From NCBI RefSeq assembly GCF_004010195.1, contig NW_025213640.1, forward strand, positions 1 through 34,845: a stretch of DNA of 34,845 bases, read 5' to 3'. Position numbers and translations under genes: made by a program. The notes below the pieces were generated by a model. The model saw only the letters and a program-made list of their open reading frames with translations. It was not told the origin of the DNA and made no database searches. This document shows positions 1-10,884 of this stretch, piece by piece. Numbering within the stretch: position 1 is the stretch's first letter; each line of letters begins with the position of its first letter. The DNA comes from Chiloscyllium plagiosum. Its lineage: Eukaryota.

Positions 1-153
1 GGGATGTGCAGGTTAGGGAGGGTTGGCCGTGGGAAATGCAGTGTTACAGGGACGGGCTGTGGTTGTTCCGGGTTGGATGAAGACTGAACGGCCTGTGTGC
101 ACATTTTCGGGGGGGGGCAAGGCCGGGGGTTTTGCTCGTGTTTTGGTACTCAC

Positions 154-931
154 TGCGCCCTTTCTGTTTGATCTCTTGAATCAGAAAGTTGTAGTCGATG
201 GCTGTGCTCTCTTTGAAGGGGATGTCGAACACGGTGAGGTTCCTGAACTTGGGCACCTCCTGGTACAGCCCCTCGACGGCAAAGTAGCACGGCCGGTCAT
301 CTGTCTTCTCATCGTTGTAGATGAACAGCGCTCGCTTTGTCCAGTTGAAGAGCTGGTGGATGGAGGTCACGTACTCACCCAGTTTCCTGTGGGACGGCCC
401 AGTCCTGGTCAGCAGGGGGTAGCTGGCTGACCTGAGGGAGAAACCGTAGGCTGGTGCGCCAGCCGTCAGCATCGGCACTTTCCAGTGCCCGGTGAAACGG
501 GCCACAGGTGCCGCTGTGTACACACAGCCGGGTCCCACAAAGACGTTCGGGTTATTGGTGAACTTGAGGTCTACGGCCACCAAGGGGGCAATGGACTCAG
601 AGCAGGTACCCAGTTCATCCTCACAGTTACCAAAGACGTAGGTCAGGTGGTGCCCAGACAACAGCCAGGGCTCATTGTTAATGGTATCCTGTGCCAGACG
701 GACAGCTGGGCCCACTCTCTGCCAAACCCATGGGTACGAGGTGTTATTCTGAGGCAACACCACAGCGATGGTCAGCAGCTCTGGCTCAGACGTTCCCCCG
801 AGCTGCAGGTGGGCACACAGGGCCCAGAGTAGCCAACGCAGCCAGGCAGTGCCACTCCAACCCTCCAGCAACCTCCCAGAGTCACTCCGAGGCACACTGC
901 CACTGGCCACTGGTGAGGTAGTCAGCACCAT
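154..931 (-). CDS. NPR1: Natriuretic peptide receptor A (guanylyl cyclase-A), coding exon 1: signal peptide and N-terminal part of the extracellular ligand-binding domain; gene continues left of the window
   Basis: ATG at 931 in strong context (aagATGG). Translation MVLTT...LTIAVVLPQNNTSYPWVWQRVGPAV...CSESIAPLVAVDLK...FVGPGCVYTAAPVARFTGHW...TDDRPCYFAVEGLY...QKGR ends at a phase-1 GTGAGT donor (153-148), the junction I recall for mammalian NPR1 exon 1 (RKGR|V). The YPW, APVxRFT and KGR motifs and adjacency to ILF2 favour NPR1 over NPR2. Confidence 0.9.
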
Positions 932-979
932 CTTCCACACACTGGCAGCTCATCACAAACCCATTCTGCCTGGTCCGTC

Positions 980-1049
980 TCTCTCACACTCACACACACT
1001 CCCTGCCCCTCACACACTCACACGCACACACACACACTCACACACACAC
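980..1049. repeat. (CA)n-rich microsatellite upstream of NPR1, running into an assembly gap
   Basis: cacacacactcacacgcacacacacac directly before the Ns. Confidence 0.9.
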
Positions 1050-1853
1050 NNNNNNNNNNNNNNNNNNNNNNNNNNNNNNNNNNNNNNNNNNNNNNNNNNN
1101 NNNNNNNNNNNNNNNNNNNNNNNNNNNNNNNNNNNNNNNNNNNNNNNNNNNNNNNNNNNNNNNNNNNNNNNNNNNNNNNNNNNNNNNNNNNNNNNNNNNN
1201 NNNNNNNNNNNNNNNNNNNNNNNNNNNNNNNNNNNNNNNNNNNNNNNNNNNNNNNNNNNNNNNNNNNNNNNNNNNNNNNNNNNNNNNNNNNNNNNNNNNN
1301 NNNNNNNNNNNNNNNNNNNNNNNNNNNNNNNNNNNNNNNNNNNNNNNNNNNNNNNNNNNNNNNNNNNNNNNNNNNNNNNNNNNNNNNNNNNNNNNNNNNN
1401 NNNNNNNNNNNNNNNNNNNNNNNNNNNNNNNNNNNNNNNNNNNNNNNNNNNNNNNNNNNNNNNNNNNNNNNNNNNNNNNNNNNNNNNNNNNNNNNNNNNN
1501 NNNNNNNNNNNNNNNNNNNNNNNNNNNNNNNNNNNNNNNNNNNNNNNNNNNNNNNNNNNNNNNNNNNNNNNNNNNNNNNNNNNNNNNNNNNNNNNNNNNN
1601 NNNNNNNNNNNNNNNNNNNNNNNNNNNNNNNNNNNNNNNNNNNNNNNNNNNNNNNNNNNNNNNNNNNNNNNNNNNNNNNNNNNNNNNNNNNNNNNNNNNN
1701 NNNNNNNNNNNNNNNNNNNNNNNNNNNNNNNNNNNNNNNNNNNNNNNNNNNNNNNNNNNNNNNNNNNNNNNNNNNNNNNNNNNNNNNNNNNNNNNNNNNN
1801 NNNNNNNNNNNNNNNNNNNNNNNNNNNNNNNNNNNNNNNNNNNNNNNNNNNNN
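1050..1853. other. Assembly gap (N run) in the NPR1 5'/promoter region
   Basis: Run of n. Confidence 1.
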
Positions 1854-3087
1854 GCAATCCCTCCCACCCCCGCGCCCCCCACCCCCTCGTCCCACTCTCC
1901 TCTCACTGTCACACAGACCCTCTGCTGGCTTTTCACAGGCTCCCTCACTGCTGTAGAGTGACACTCTCTCCCTCTCTCTCCCGTCCCCTGTGGCGTCTCC
2001 CCTCCCCACAATGTACACACTCTCTCCTCTTCCCTCACAAACTGGAGCGACGATGCTGAGGATTCCGTGAAGTAGGGGCTTTGCGAGCAGAGGTTCACTT
2101 GCCCACCCCCTCACCAAGGTCCACCTCCCTCTCTGTTTCAAGGCTGAAAGCTCTCATCTCAGTCTACCATCCAAACACTGTCAAGCAAACCCATCCCCAA
2201 CGCCCCCCACGGGAATCTGTCTGCCCCCTCAGTCACAGCAAACCCCAGCTCCTGTCCACATCCTCCGGGCTTATCACTGAGCGAGGGCTGTCGGATTTCA
2301 ATGCAGTAAATTTCCTTGCCGGGTCAATATCCCCCGCATCATGCCAGGCGAATGGAAAGAATGAGATTACGGGGAGGGGAGAGAGAGAGAGAGAGGGTGA
2401 GGTGTGGGTGGTCTGAACAGCAGTATGGACTGGATTCTTTGACCCTTTCAGTGCCAGACACAGACTGAGCTACGCACTCCTGCTTCTCTGTGTGTGTTTG
2501 TGTGTATGTGTGTGTGGTTTTTTGGGACGTCGGAAGCCAGCTCTTGCCTGAAACCCTCAGCTTGCCAGCCAGTCCCTCCCCTACACCTCCTCAGACCACC
2601 CCGATGGGGCAGGGGCACTCACTACAGAATCAACTGGGGAGGTGGGCAGCACTGGTACTTTTTATTTTGCCTCAGAGCGCACTCAAAGGATGCACCAACT
2701 GAGATGATCAGAGGAAGGACTACCAACCGTAAACTGTTAAAAAATCACACAACACCAGGTTATAGTCCAACAGGTTTAATTGGAAGCACTAGCTTTCGGA
2801 GCGCTGCCCCTTCATCTGGTGGCTGTGCAGTGCACAATTGTAAGAGCCAGAATTTATAGCAAAAGTTTAGCGTGCTGTAACTGAAATTATACTTTGAAAA
2901 ATACCTTCAGTCGCATCTGTTAGAATGGCCATGATAGTTTCACTTCTTTCACGTGTAAGTCACAAAATCTTTTTTTTTAACAAGTAGCATTCTCAGGTTA
3001 GCTGTAACAATGAGTGTTAGCTGGGACAATATGTTGAAGGTGTTCGCCCCCTGCGTCCTCTGTCTATGTTTAGATTGATTCCAATCT

Positions 3088-3180
3088 GAAAATGCGTTGC
3101 TGGAAAAGCGCAGCAGGTCAGGCAGCATCCAAAGAGCAGGAGAATCGACGTTTCGGGCATGGGCCCTTCTTCAGGAATGA
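3088..3180 (-). mobile_element. Short Penelope-like (pLTR-type) repeat carrying a minimal hammerhead ribozyme motif
   Basis: Minus strand: attc-CTGAAGA-a-gggc-ccat-gccc-GAAAC-GTC-gatt followed by ctcctgctctttggatgctgcctgacctgctgcgcttttccagc. Related copies occur at ~3640-3730, 11192-11319 and 31442-31626. Confidence 0.65.
3146..3178 (-). ncRNA. Candidate minimal type I hammerhead ribozyme motif
   Basis: Intact core CUGAAGA, 4-bp stem II (GGGC/GCCC), GAAAC, self-complementary ACGU in place of stem III, and a GUC cleavage triplet; stem I is weak. Confidence 0.5.
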
Positions 3181-3569
3181 TTTTAGATTCTCACTTTTTA
3201 GATTCTAATCTAAAAAGTGAGATAACAGAGTTTTACATAAATTCATGCAGTTTTTGAGCAAAGTGCAATGTAACTCTGCAGTCGAATTATAACCTGGTGT
3301 TGTGTGATTCATAACTTTGTACACCCCAGTCCAACACCGGCATCTCCGAATCGTAACTTTAAACAGGATCGCTGCCTTGGAGTGGGTAAGGGTGTGCAGG
3401 GCTCAAGAGAATGCCAGAGGGCTCTTTGTGTAGGGGAGGGGGGTAACGGACAGGTTAAATGGAACTGCTCCCTCAATGAGCTGAAGAAGACCTGACCAGA
3501 TCTCCTCCTGTGTTAAACCAGTTAATGAAACCTTTCCTTAACCCATCACCGTTTCTAGAACCTGCCCTG

Positions 3570-4090
3570 GCAGAGTTGGTGGCTCAGTGGTTAACACTGC
3601 GAGACAGCGAGGTCCGCAAGACACTGGAGAGTCAAAGGCAAGAGTGTGGTGCTGGGAAAGCACAGCAGGTCAGGCAGCACCCGAGGAGCAGGAGGATCAA
3701 CGTTTCAGGCCGGAACACTTCATCAAGATGAAGCAAGATCGGGCCCGGGTTGGATTCCACCCTCCGGTGACTGCCTGTGCAGAGTTTGTACATTCCCCCC
3801 ACCATGTCCGCGTGGATTTCCTCCGGGTGCTCCGGTTTCCTCCCACAGTTCAAAGGTCGGCAGGTTAGGGTGGGTTGGCCGTGGGAAATTGTCCCATAGT
3901 GTCCAGGGATGTGCAGGTTAGGGTGGGTTGGCCGTGGGGAATTGTCCCATAGTGCCCAGGGATGTGCAGGTTAGGGTGGATTGGCTGTGGGAAATTGCAG
4001 GGTTGCAGGGATAAAGTGGGTCTGGGTGGGATTCTCTCTGGAGAGCTGGTGCTGAATGGTCTCTGTCTCTGTCCCATAGTTGGAGGGTGT
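3570..4090 (+). mobile_element. HE1-like tRNA-derived V-SINE, interrupted by a Penelope-like insert (~3610-3735) and carrying about 3 copies of an internal 53-bp unit
   Basis: A box ggtggctcagtggtt; B box gggttggattcc; V-domain ggtgctccggtttcctcccacag; repeated gcaggttagggtgggttggccgtggg. Confidence 0.8.
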
Positions 4091-4689
4091 ATGGTTTCCA
4101 CTTGGGCCAGCTATCCGACTGCGAGGTGCATCGCTGTCCTTGCGTGTTTACCCTCTTAGCGCCCCCCCCCTCTTACCCTCTTGACGTGGTCACCCCACCC
4201 CCGCCAATGATTCCTCATTTACCCCCCCACTCCCCCGACTCTACCCTCCTTCTCTCCCCCTAACTGTTGTTAGGTCCAATTATGTCCTAAAGCTGGCCTG
4301 GGGGAGAATCATGTCCCTCGTGCAGCTGCAAATTCCAGAACACATGGCGGGCACTGGTACCCACCCCCTGGCGAGGCAGCAGAGACCTCAAACTGGAAGA
4401 TAAACACCGAGGAGGGGGCCTTACAGGATAAGATCTGCTGGAGTGCGCTAACCCCGCTAGCTAAAGTGTCAGAGGGCACTTTGGCGAGTAGGTCTACTAG
4501 ACTGGGCGCTGGGGAGACGCTGGCGATTGCTGTCACCAGCACAGAGATTCTGGAGGGCTATCACAGCAGTATTTACCCTGAATGGCCTCTCTCTCTCACT
4601 CTCTCTCTCTGCGGGCAAGAGCAGCGATCAGCTGAGGGATGCTGCCATCTGCTGGGACACTCTGGTACTGTCCCCTCCACTTACGGGAA

Positions 4690-5040
4690 CCAGAGGAGAC
4701 TGTTCAGCCCCTTGAACCTGTTCCGCCACTCAGTGAGGTCATAGTTGATCTGTGGCTCGACTCCAGAGAGTGACCTTTGCCCCCCCCCCCCCATCCAGGA
4801 ATATCTTGGCTTCACAAAATACAACCTCTCTCAGATTCGAAACTGACCATGGATCGAGCATCCTTTGCTGTTTGTGGAAGAGATTTCCAAATCTCTCACC
4901 CTTTGTGTGATTCCTAACATCTCTCCTGAACACTCTGACCCTAATACTCCCCCTAGTTCCAGAATTCCCAACCAGTGGAAATAGTTTTATCTTTATCAAC
5001 CCTGGTATTTCCTGTCAATATCTTGAAGACTTCACTCAGG
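4690..5040 (-). mobile_element. Degenerate CR1/HER1-like LINE 3' fragment
   Basis: Minus-strand translation EVFKILTGNTRVDKDK...FPLVGNSGTRG resembles the CR1 ORF2 C-terminus. Confidence 0.65.
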
Positions 5041-5044
5041 TATC

Positions 5045-5400
5045 GAATCATAGATTTGGCCCACTGAGTCCACACTGATCCTCCAATGAGCATCACACCC
5101 ATCTCCACACCCACACCTGACCCTTTCTCTATAACCACGCGTTTCCCACGGCCAATCCACCCTAACCTGCACATCCCTGGACACTATGGGACAATTTCCC
5201 ATGACCAATCCACCCTAACCTGCACATCCCTGGGCACTATGGGACAATTACCCATGGCCAATCCACCCTAACCTGTACATCTTTGGACTGTGGGAGGAAA
5301 CCGGAGCACCTGAAACACGGGGGAGAATGTGCCAACAGATAGTTGCCTGAGGCTGGAATTGACCCCAGCGCCCTGGTGCTGTGAGGCAACACTGCTAACT
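5045..5400 (-). mobile_element. HE1-like V-SINE with about 3 tandem 53-bp internal units
   Basis: Reverse complement of the SINE head (ctggtgctgtgaggcaacactgctaac) and of the V-domain (ggactgtgggaggaaaccggagcacc). Confidence 0.8.
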
Positions 5401-5729
5401 TGTGGAAATCTTCACCCACCATCAGTTAAAGAGAGATAGATAAAAGGCGTCATAAATCAAACAAATCATGTTCAGAGAACATTCCCCTCCTTGAGACTAT
5501 TTCCATTCATCAGATACTTCAGGAAGGTCAGCTGCAGGGGATAAATGGGTGCATAAATCTTTGGAACGACATCTCGTTTCAGATACAGCAGGGAAGTTGA
5601 GACCCAATTTATTATGGTGCTGGAGATATAGTGAAAGGCATCTCAAGGTGCTCGCTTTCAAGCGTCCTTAGCAGGAGGTAAAACAGTGGCAGGTTCCAGA
5701 AGGCTGAGGCTGGAAACATGGCCATGAGA

Positions 5730-6150
5730 ACATCAGAAACCCGGAGCATTTAATAATGTCATGGCTGACCTTTCAACGGACTCAGCTCCAATTATCTGCC
5801 CGCACACTGTCACCCTTAATTCCTTTACTGTTCAAAACTCTATCTTTGCCCCAAAAACATTCAACAGGGTGCCCTCAGCTGGGCAGAGAATTTCAGATTC
5901 CCAATCCTTTGGATGAAGATGTTCCCCCTCAGCTCAGTCCTAAGTCTGCCCCCCCCACCTTATTCTGAGATTATGCCCCCTAGTTTCACCGTCCAATGGG
6001 AACAAGCTCCTTGCTTCTGTCCAGCCTGATCCCTTCATCATTTTGTATCTTCATATAAGATTCCCCCCTTTATTCTTATAAATCCCAATGAGTGTGGTCC
6101 CAGTCTACTTAATCTCTCCTCATAAGGCAACCCTATGAATTTCAGAACCG
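5730..6150 (-). mobile_element. Degenerate CR1-like LINE 3' fragment
   Basis: Typical reverse CR1 3' text (ctgagattatgccccctagt; cccaatgagtgtggtcccagtctact). Confidence 0.55.
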
Positions 6151-6519
6151 ACCTAGTCCAGGAGGGAAAGCATTCCAGAGGTCAGGAATATTTCGGTGAA
6201 ATCGCAGCTGCAGATTGAAAAACAGGATAATGCTGTTCCATAAATGCCTTCATCCCAGAACTAATCCGCGATACTGCAGACGTGAGGCTGCTGGTCAGTT
6301 CAACACCGACTCAGTGCAATGTGGAATCAATCCTGTTGCATGTGGAAGGGGTTCGCTCTCAACTGAAATCAAAAAGCCCTTCCAGTTAGGAACACTGTCT
6401 CAACTCCAACACAGACTTGAAGGTATATCTCTCCTGAAAGTGGGCATGATATCTGCTAGAGTTAAAAAGCATGGAGATACTCACTGGGATAGACACGTCT
6501 CTTTGGAATTACAAGAAGA

Positions 6520-7020
6520 TTAAAGAACAGTACAGCACAGGAACAGGCCCTTCGGCCCTCCAAGCCTGCGCTGACACATTTTGCCCTTCCATACTAAAAC
6601 TGTCTCGATCTACAGGATCTGTGTCCCTCTATTCCCTTCCTGCACGGTCCAGGTGCCTTTTAAAACTCTGCTGTTGTGTCTGCATCCTCTGGCACCCCCC
6701 CCCCCCCCCCCTTTGTATGAAAAACCTGCCCACACATCTCTTCTAAACTACCCCCCCCCTCCCCCCACACCTCGACCCTGTGTCCCCTCGTCATTGACCC
6801 TGCCATTCTGGGGAAAAGCCTCATAATTCCTACTCTATCCACTCCATTCACAATCTATAAACTTCTATAAGGTCAGCCCTCAACCTCCTGCGTTACAGTG
6901 AAACCCAGTCTATCTTCATTGCCCAAATCCCCCATACCAGGCAGCATCCTCGTAAACCTTTTCTGTACCCTCATCCTTCTGGTAGTGTGGTGACCAGAAC
7001 CGTACGCAATATTCTTGAGT
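6520..7020 (-). mobile_element. CR1/HER1-like LINE 3' fragment
   Basis: Tail taaagaacagtacagcacaggaacaggcccttcggccc; translation MNGVDRV...LFPRMAGSMTRGHR. Confidence 0.75.
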
Positions 7021-7279
7021 ATTCTTAACTAGACGTCCAGAGGTTTTATTGTCGCATGTACTCTAGTACAGGAGTATATTGAAAAGGGTTCAGTGTCACC
7101 CTACACAGCACCACCTTAGGTATAAAGTACCGAGTTACAAATCTTAACTACTAAAATAGATTAGCTACGAGAGAAGTAAAGAAATACCTACAAGTTCTAC
7201 TGGAGCACAGGTGATGCAGATGGAACCAGAACACAGTGTGAACAATTCTCATGCAAACAAAGAGTGGGAAGAAAATGTT

Positions 7280-8430
7280 TGATTTATTTAATGTCACGTG
7301 CACCAAAGTACAGTGCAAAGCTTTGTTGACGAGCAGTGCAGGCAGATTGTAGTCAGCAAGGAGGGACAGATCAGAGAGACTTAGACAGAGGCAGATAGGT
7401 TACATTGCACAGGGGCGTACAAGAGATCAGCGTTACCAAGGTTGGGATTATTTCAGACCAGAACAGCTGGGAAGAAGCTGTTCCTGGACCTGCTGGTGTG
7501 TGTGAGTGTGTGTTCAAGCTTCTGTATCTGCCTGATGGAAGAGGTTGTAGGAGATCATTACCGGGATGAGATGGGTCCTTGGTAAGGTCTGAGGGAGTGT
7601 TGCTGAACAAAGAGACCTTGGAGTGCAGGTTCATAGCTCCTTGGAAGTGGAGTCGCAGGTAGATAGGATAGTGAAGGCAGCGTTTGGTATGCTTTCCTTT
7701 ATTGGTCAGAGTATTGGGTACAGGAGTTGGGAGGTCATGTTGCGGCTGTACAGGACATTGGTTAGGCCACTGTTGGAATATTGCGTGCAATTCTGGTCTC
7801 CTTCCTATCAGAAAGATGTTGTGAAACTTGAAAGGGTTCAGAAAAGATTTACAAGGATGTTGCCAGGGTTGGAGGATTTGAGCTATAGAGAGAGGCTGAN
7901 NNNNNNNNNNNNNNNNNNNNNNNNNNNNNNNNNNNNNNNNNNNNNNNNNNNNNNNNNNNNNNNNNNNNNNNNNNNNNNNNNNNNNNNACGTGTATGGAAT
8001 GAGCTGCCAGAGGATGTGGTGGAGGCTGGTACAATTGCAACATTTAAGAGGCATTTGGATGGGTATATGAATAGGAAGGGTTTGGAGGGATATGGGCCGG
8101 GTGCTGGCAGGTGGGACTAGATTGGGTTGGGATATCTGGGTCAGCATGGACGGGTTGGACCGAAGGGTCTGTTTCCGTGCTGTACATCTCTATGACTCTA
8201 CGTTGGCAGCCTTTCTGCTGCAGCGTGCTGTGTGGATGGAGTCCGTGGATGGGAGGTTGGCATCGGTGATGGTCTGGGCTGTGCACACCACCCTCTGTAG
8301 TTTCTTACGATCCTGGGCAGAGCAGTTACCGTAACAGGCCGTCATGCACCCGGACAGTGGGCTTTCAATGGTGCATCTGGTGAAGTTGGTGAGGGTCTCT
8401 GTGGAGATGCTGAATTTTCTGAGCTGCCTG
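7280..8430 (-). mobile_element. Rex1/Babar-like LINE 3' fragment split by a CR1 insertion
   Basis: Minus-strand KDPSHPGNDLLQPLPSGRYRSLNT is characteristic of the Rex1 RT C-terminus. The element resumes after 8200 (gcagcctttctgctgcagcg...ggccgtcatgcacccggacag). Confidence 0.6.
7583..8200 (+). mobile_element. CR1/HER1 LINE 3' end (ORF2 C-terminus and 3' tail); contains the 7900-7987 gap
   Basis: ORF 7623-8120 LYRTLVRPLLEYCVQFWSP...LERVQKRFTRMLPGL...VWNELP; tail ggaccgaagggtctgtttccgtgctgtacatctctatgactcta. Confidence 0.95.
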
Positions 8431-8679
8431 TTGACGAGTCTAATCTAGGGGCTGTAGCTTCATGATGAGGCAGCAGTCATTTGGATCAGGGGTAAGGAGA
8501 AATGTATCCCCTTGTCTGGTACAAACCTTTGGAATTCTCTGTCCTGGAGAGCTCAGTCAGTGAGGTTATTGAAGGCAATCATTCACACAGAGTGAAAGCT
8601 GGAGGCTGGATCACTGAATTCATTCATCAGACAGACTTTTGATAAAGGAGTCATGCTCACAAGGAGGACAGAGACAGTA

Positions 8680-8870
8680 AATACTCAGAGAGTAGTAAGG
8701 GTATGGAATGCTTACTACTAATGGATTCGCCAACTTTAAGCACATTTAAGTCGCCATTGGACAGGCACAAGGACGTACATGGAATTGTGTAGGTGGGATG
8801 GGCTTCAGGTTGGTATGACAGGGCGGCACAACACCGAGGGCCGAAGGGCCTGTACTCTTCTATGTTCTAA
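8680..8870 (+). mobile_element. CR1 LINE extreme 3' fragment
   Basis: actcagagagtagtaagggtatggaatgc...gggccgaagggcctgtactcttctatgttcta. Confidence 0.75.
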
Positions 8871-9009
8871 ATTGGCATCAAGCTCACAGCAGATTCAAGG
8901 GGGCCAAGCGACCTCATCCTCAACCCTAAATTCCAAGCTCTATGTCGATAAACCCTTGTGTAGAGAGAACTGAGACAATGCAGGGGCAAGCGTGGGGTCA
9001 GGGGAAGGG

Positions 9010-9680
9010 AGGTGTCGATCAGAAACTCAGCAGGGCTAAGGGGGGACTTGATAGTCTATAAAATTATGCAAAGCGCCAAGAGGGTTGATGATCAGAATCT
9101 TTTCCCCCCAGTGTTGAAACTAGTGGGCATTCATTTAAAGTGAGACGGGGAAGGTTTAAGGGAGGTATGAGGGGCGAGTTTTTCGATTAGATTAGATTCC
9201 CTACAGTGTGGAAACAGGCCCTTTGGCCCAACCAGTCCACACTGACCCTCCGAAGAGTAACCCACCCAGACCCATTTCCCCTCTTGACTAATGCACCTAA
9301 CACTATGGGACAATTCAGCACGGCCAATCCACCTGACCTGCACGTCTTTGGAGTGTTGGAGGAAACCGGAGGAAACCCACGCAGACACGGGGAGAATGTG
9401 CAAACTCCACACAGACAGTCGCCCAAGGCTGGGACCCTGGTGCTGTGAGGCAGCAGTGCTAACCACTGAGTCACCGTGCTTACAGAGAGTGGTATAACGG
9501 ACTGCCAGGGTTGGCCCCGGAGGAAAATACGACAGGGGCATTTAAGGGGCTTTTAGACCAGCATATTAATGTGCAAGGAATGGAGGGATATGGGCCAAGG
9601 GCAAGCAGAAGGGATTCGTTTAATTTGGTGTCACGTTTGGGCCGAATGGCCCGTTCCTATGCTGTACTGTTCCATAATCT
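9010..9680 (+). mobile_element. CR1 LINE 3' fragment interrupted by a SINE
   Basis: gggctaagggggacttgatagtctataaaattatg...tttt | acagagagtggt...ggagggatatgggcc. Confidence 0.7.
9186..9478 (-). mobile_element. HE1-like V-SINE, near full length
   Basis: Reverse complement: tRNA head gcacggtgactcagtggttagcactgctgcctcacagc, V-domain, and CR1-like tail ending (aatct)n. Confidence 0.9.
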
Positions 9681-10346
9681 AGGTCTGTGGGAAGAAAGGA
9701 GAGTTAATGTTTCAATTCCAGTGACTATTTGTCAGGGGTAGGTCAGGCCTGACCTTATTAAATGAGACAGTGTTTACCAGAGGCCACATGGATTACAAAC
9801 AATCACGTTTCTTCATGTTTTTGTAGAATGCAAAGGTCTCAGGACTTCCCCCTCCCAAAAAAGCCTCAGCAACTCAGTCCAGCACGGAGTCCTGAGCCGG
9901 GGGGACACGAGGTTGCGAGGTGAAGGGAACTGAGATGAGATGAGCACGTTTTCACCTGCCCTCCACTCCCCTACCCCTGAGTGAAGACAGCTGTTGATAC
10001 AGATGGATCATTTCAATGACCCACTAGCGAGACATTTACAGAGAAGCTGCTTTCACAAATAATCCCAGAGCTGAGCAAATGTAGTCTTTTGCTGGTTTTC
10101 AGCTCTATCCATCCATCCAACCACTACTTCCTCAGTAAAACTGGGAACCAGACGCACAAACCTGCATAAAAACATATTCCAGGCCTCAACAAATTTCACA
10201 TTTCTTGCATGATATCCTGTTAACCCCTCAGTTAGACTCCAGCCCACAACTCAGTCCCCATATCTTTATTCTTTTTGATTTATTTAGGGCATCACTGATG
10301 AGACCAGCAGTCATTGGCCACCCCTAATTGCCCCTTGAGGTAGTGA

Positions 10347-10880
10347 TAGAACATAGAACAATACAGTGCAGAACAGGCCCTTCGGCCCTCGATGTTGCGC
10401 CGACCTGTGAACTATTCTCAGCTCGTCCCCTACACTATCCCATCATCATCATCCATGTGCTTATCTAAGGATTGTTTAAATCTCCCTAATGTGGCTGAGT
10501 TGACTACATTAGCAGGTAGGGTATTCCACACCCTTACCACTCTCTGAGTAAAGAGCCTGCCTCTGCCATCTGTCTTAAATCTATCACCCCTCAATTTGTA
10601 GTTATGCCCCCTCGTACACGCTGACGTCATCATCCTAGGAAAAAGACTTTCACTGTCTACCCTCTCTAATCCTCTGATCATCTTGTATGTCTCTATCAAA
10701 TCCCCTCTTAGCCTTCTTCTTTCCAATGAGAACGTACTCTGCCTTCCTGTTATTCTTCCCAAAGTGCATCACCTCACATTTAGTTTCATTCAACTCCATT
10801 TGCCACCTCTCAGCCCAATTCTGCAGCTTATCCACTGCAACCTGTAACATTCTTCCACACTGTCCACTACTCCACCGACT
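10347..10880 (-). mobile_element. CR1 LINE 3' fragment, internally deleted; inverted partner of 17135-17716
   Basis: ORFs LQNWAERWQMELNETKCEVMHFG and FSLERRRLRGDLIETYKMIRG...FTQRVVRVWNTLP. Confidence 0.9.
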
Positions 10881-10884
10881 TTAG

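Larger units (their letters stand above)
2738..3345. mobile_element. Penelope-like non-autonomous element with inverted terminal segments and a degenerate hammerhead motif; contains a nested second element
   Basis: aatcacacaacaccaggttata (2743-2764) is the exact reverse complement of tataacctggtgttgtgtgatt (3288-3309). Minus strand at 2820-2791 reads CAGATGA-aggggcagcgctcc-GAAAG, a one-base variant of the CUGANGA...GAAA core. Confidence 0.6.

Noticed and set aside
44..153. C-terminal tail of the 298-aa ORF and its GTG start at 940
   Set aside because: The tail is intron read-through past the GTGAGT donor into a SINE fragment; the first in-frame ATG is at 931.
768..2141. Long ORFs of 279-397 aa
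   Set aside because: They are open only because they cross the N gap.
4309..4744. GC-balanced stretch with short ORFs on both strands
   Set aside because: No recognisable homology or convincing splice sites.
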